Below, one piece after another: positions 63,923-64,000 of a DNA stretch of 64,000 nucleotides. Source of the stretch: a virus (taxonomy: Duplodnaviria; Caudoviricetes). The position numbers were made by a program, and so were the translations under genes. Within the stretch, counting starts at the first letter, position 1, and every line of letters starts with the position of its first letter. The stretch spans positions 16,046 through 80,045 of IMG/VR virus record IMGVR_UViG_3300033074_001883; one strand, given 5' to 3'. The notes under the pieces were generated by a model. That model did not search any database. It saw only the letters and a program-made list of their open reading frames with translations, and had not been told where the DNA came from.

Positions 63923-64000
63923 GGGGAGGGCCTCGGATAGGGGTTTAGGGTCGAAAACGGCTCTACGGGGCGTCTAGAGGCCTTCCCGGGGCCCCTTTTT

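Noticed and set aside
1-64000. Apparent excess of TAAC/TAAG and GTTAAC in coding DNA
   Set aside because: A rough count is compatible with ordinary T-ending codons before Asn/Lys codons; needs a codon-shuffled test before any claim.
1-64000. tRNA genes, CRISPR array, integrase/att sites, DGR, inteins
   Set aside because: No cloverleaf, repeat-spacer array, recombinase, reverse transcriptase or intein motif was recognised; TerL and RecA are of normal length.

Overview
A 64-kb segment of a large, GC-rich (about two-thirds G+C by eye) contractile-tailed dsDNA phage. Nearly all genes are on the minus strand and tightly coupled; I support only two plus-strand genes, an HNH endonuclease and a stand-alone response-regulator receiver. 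In transcription order (right to left): recombination/nucleotide genes (RecA, 5'-3' exonuclease, Mre11/Rad50-like pair, resolvase, MazG-like, dTMP kinase, KhpA), small and large terminase, about 18 kb of accessory genes (DNA methyltransferase, small regulators, a ParB + DegT-like + DUF4417-like + flavoprotein cluster), then a Herelleviridae-like morphogenesis block (portal, candidate internal cargo proteins, MuF, kinase, prohead protease, scaffold, major capsid, neck, sheath, tube, chaperones, tape measure, hub, spike). I found no tRNA, CRISPR array or integrase. Best candidate novelties: (1) a ParB/PLP-enzyme/DUF4417/Fe-S flavoprotein cluster that may be a DNA-modification pathway; (2) a head-cargo module (sigma70-like protein, PI3/4K-like kinase, SNF2 ATPase, MuF) marked by repeated hydrophobic-x-K-[S/A/G] protease-type sites; (3) a +1 frameshift candidate in the tail chaperone; (4) three helically phased DNA segments, two of which share motifs; (5) host-like KhpA and CheY-like genes. 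All family calls come from motif recognition by eye; no searches were run.
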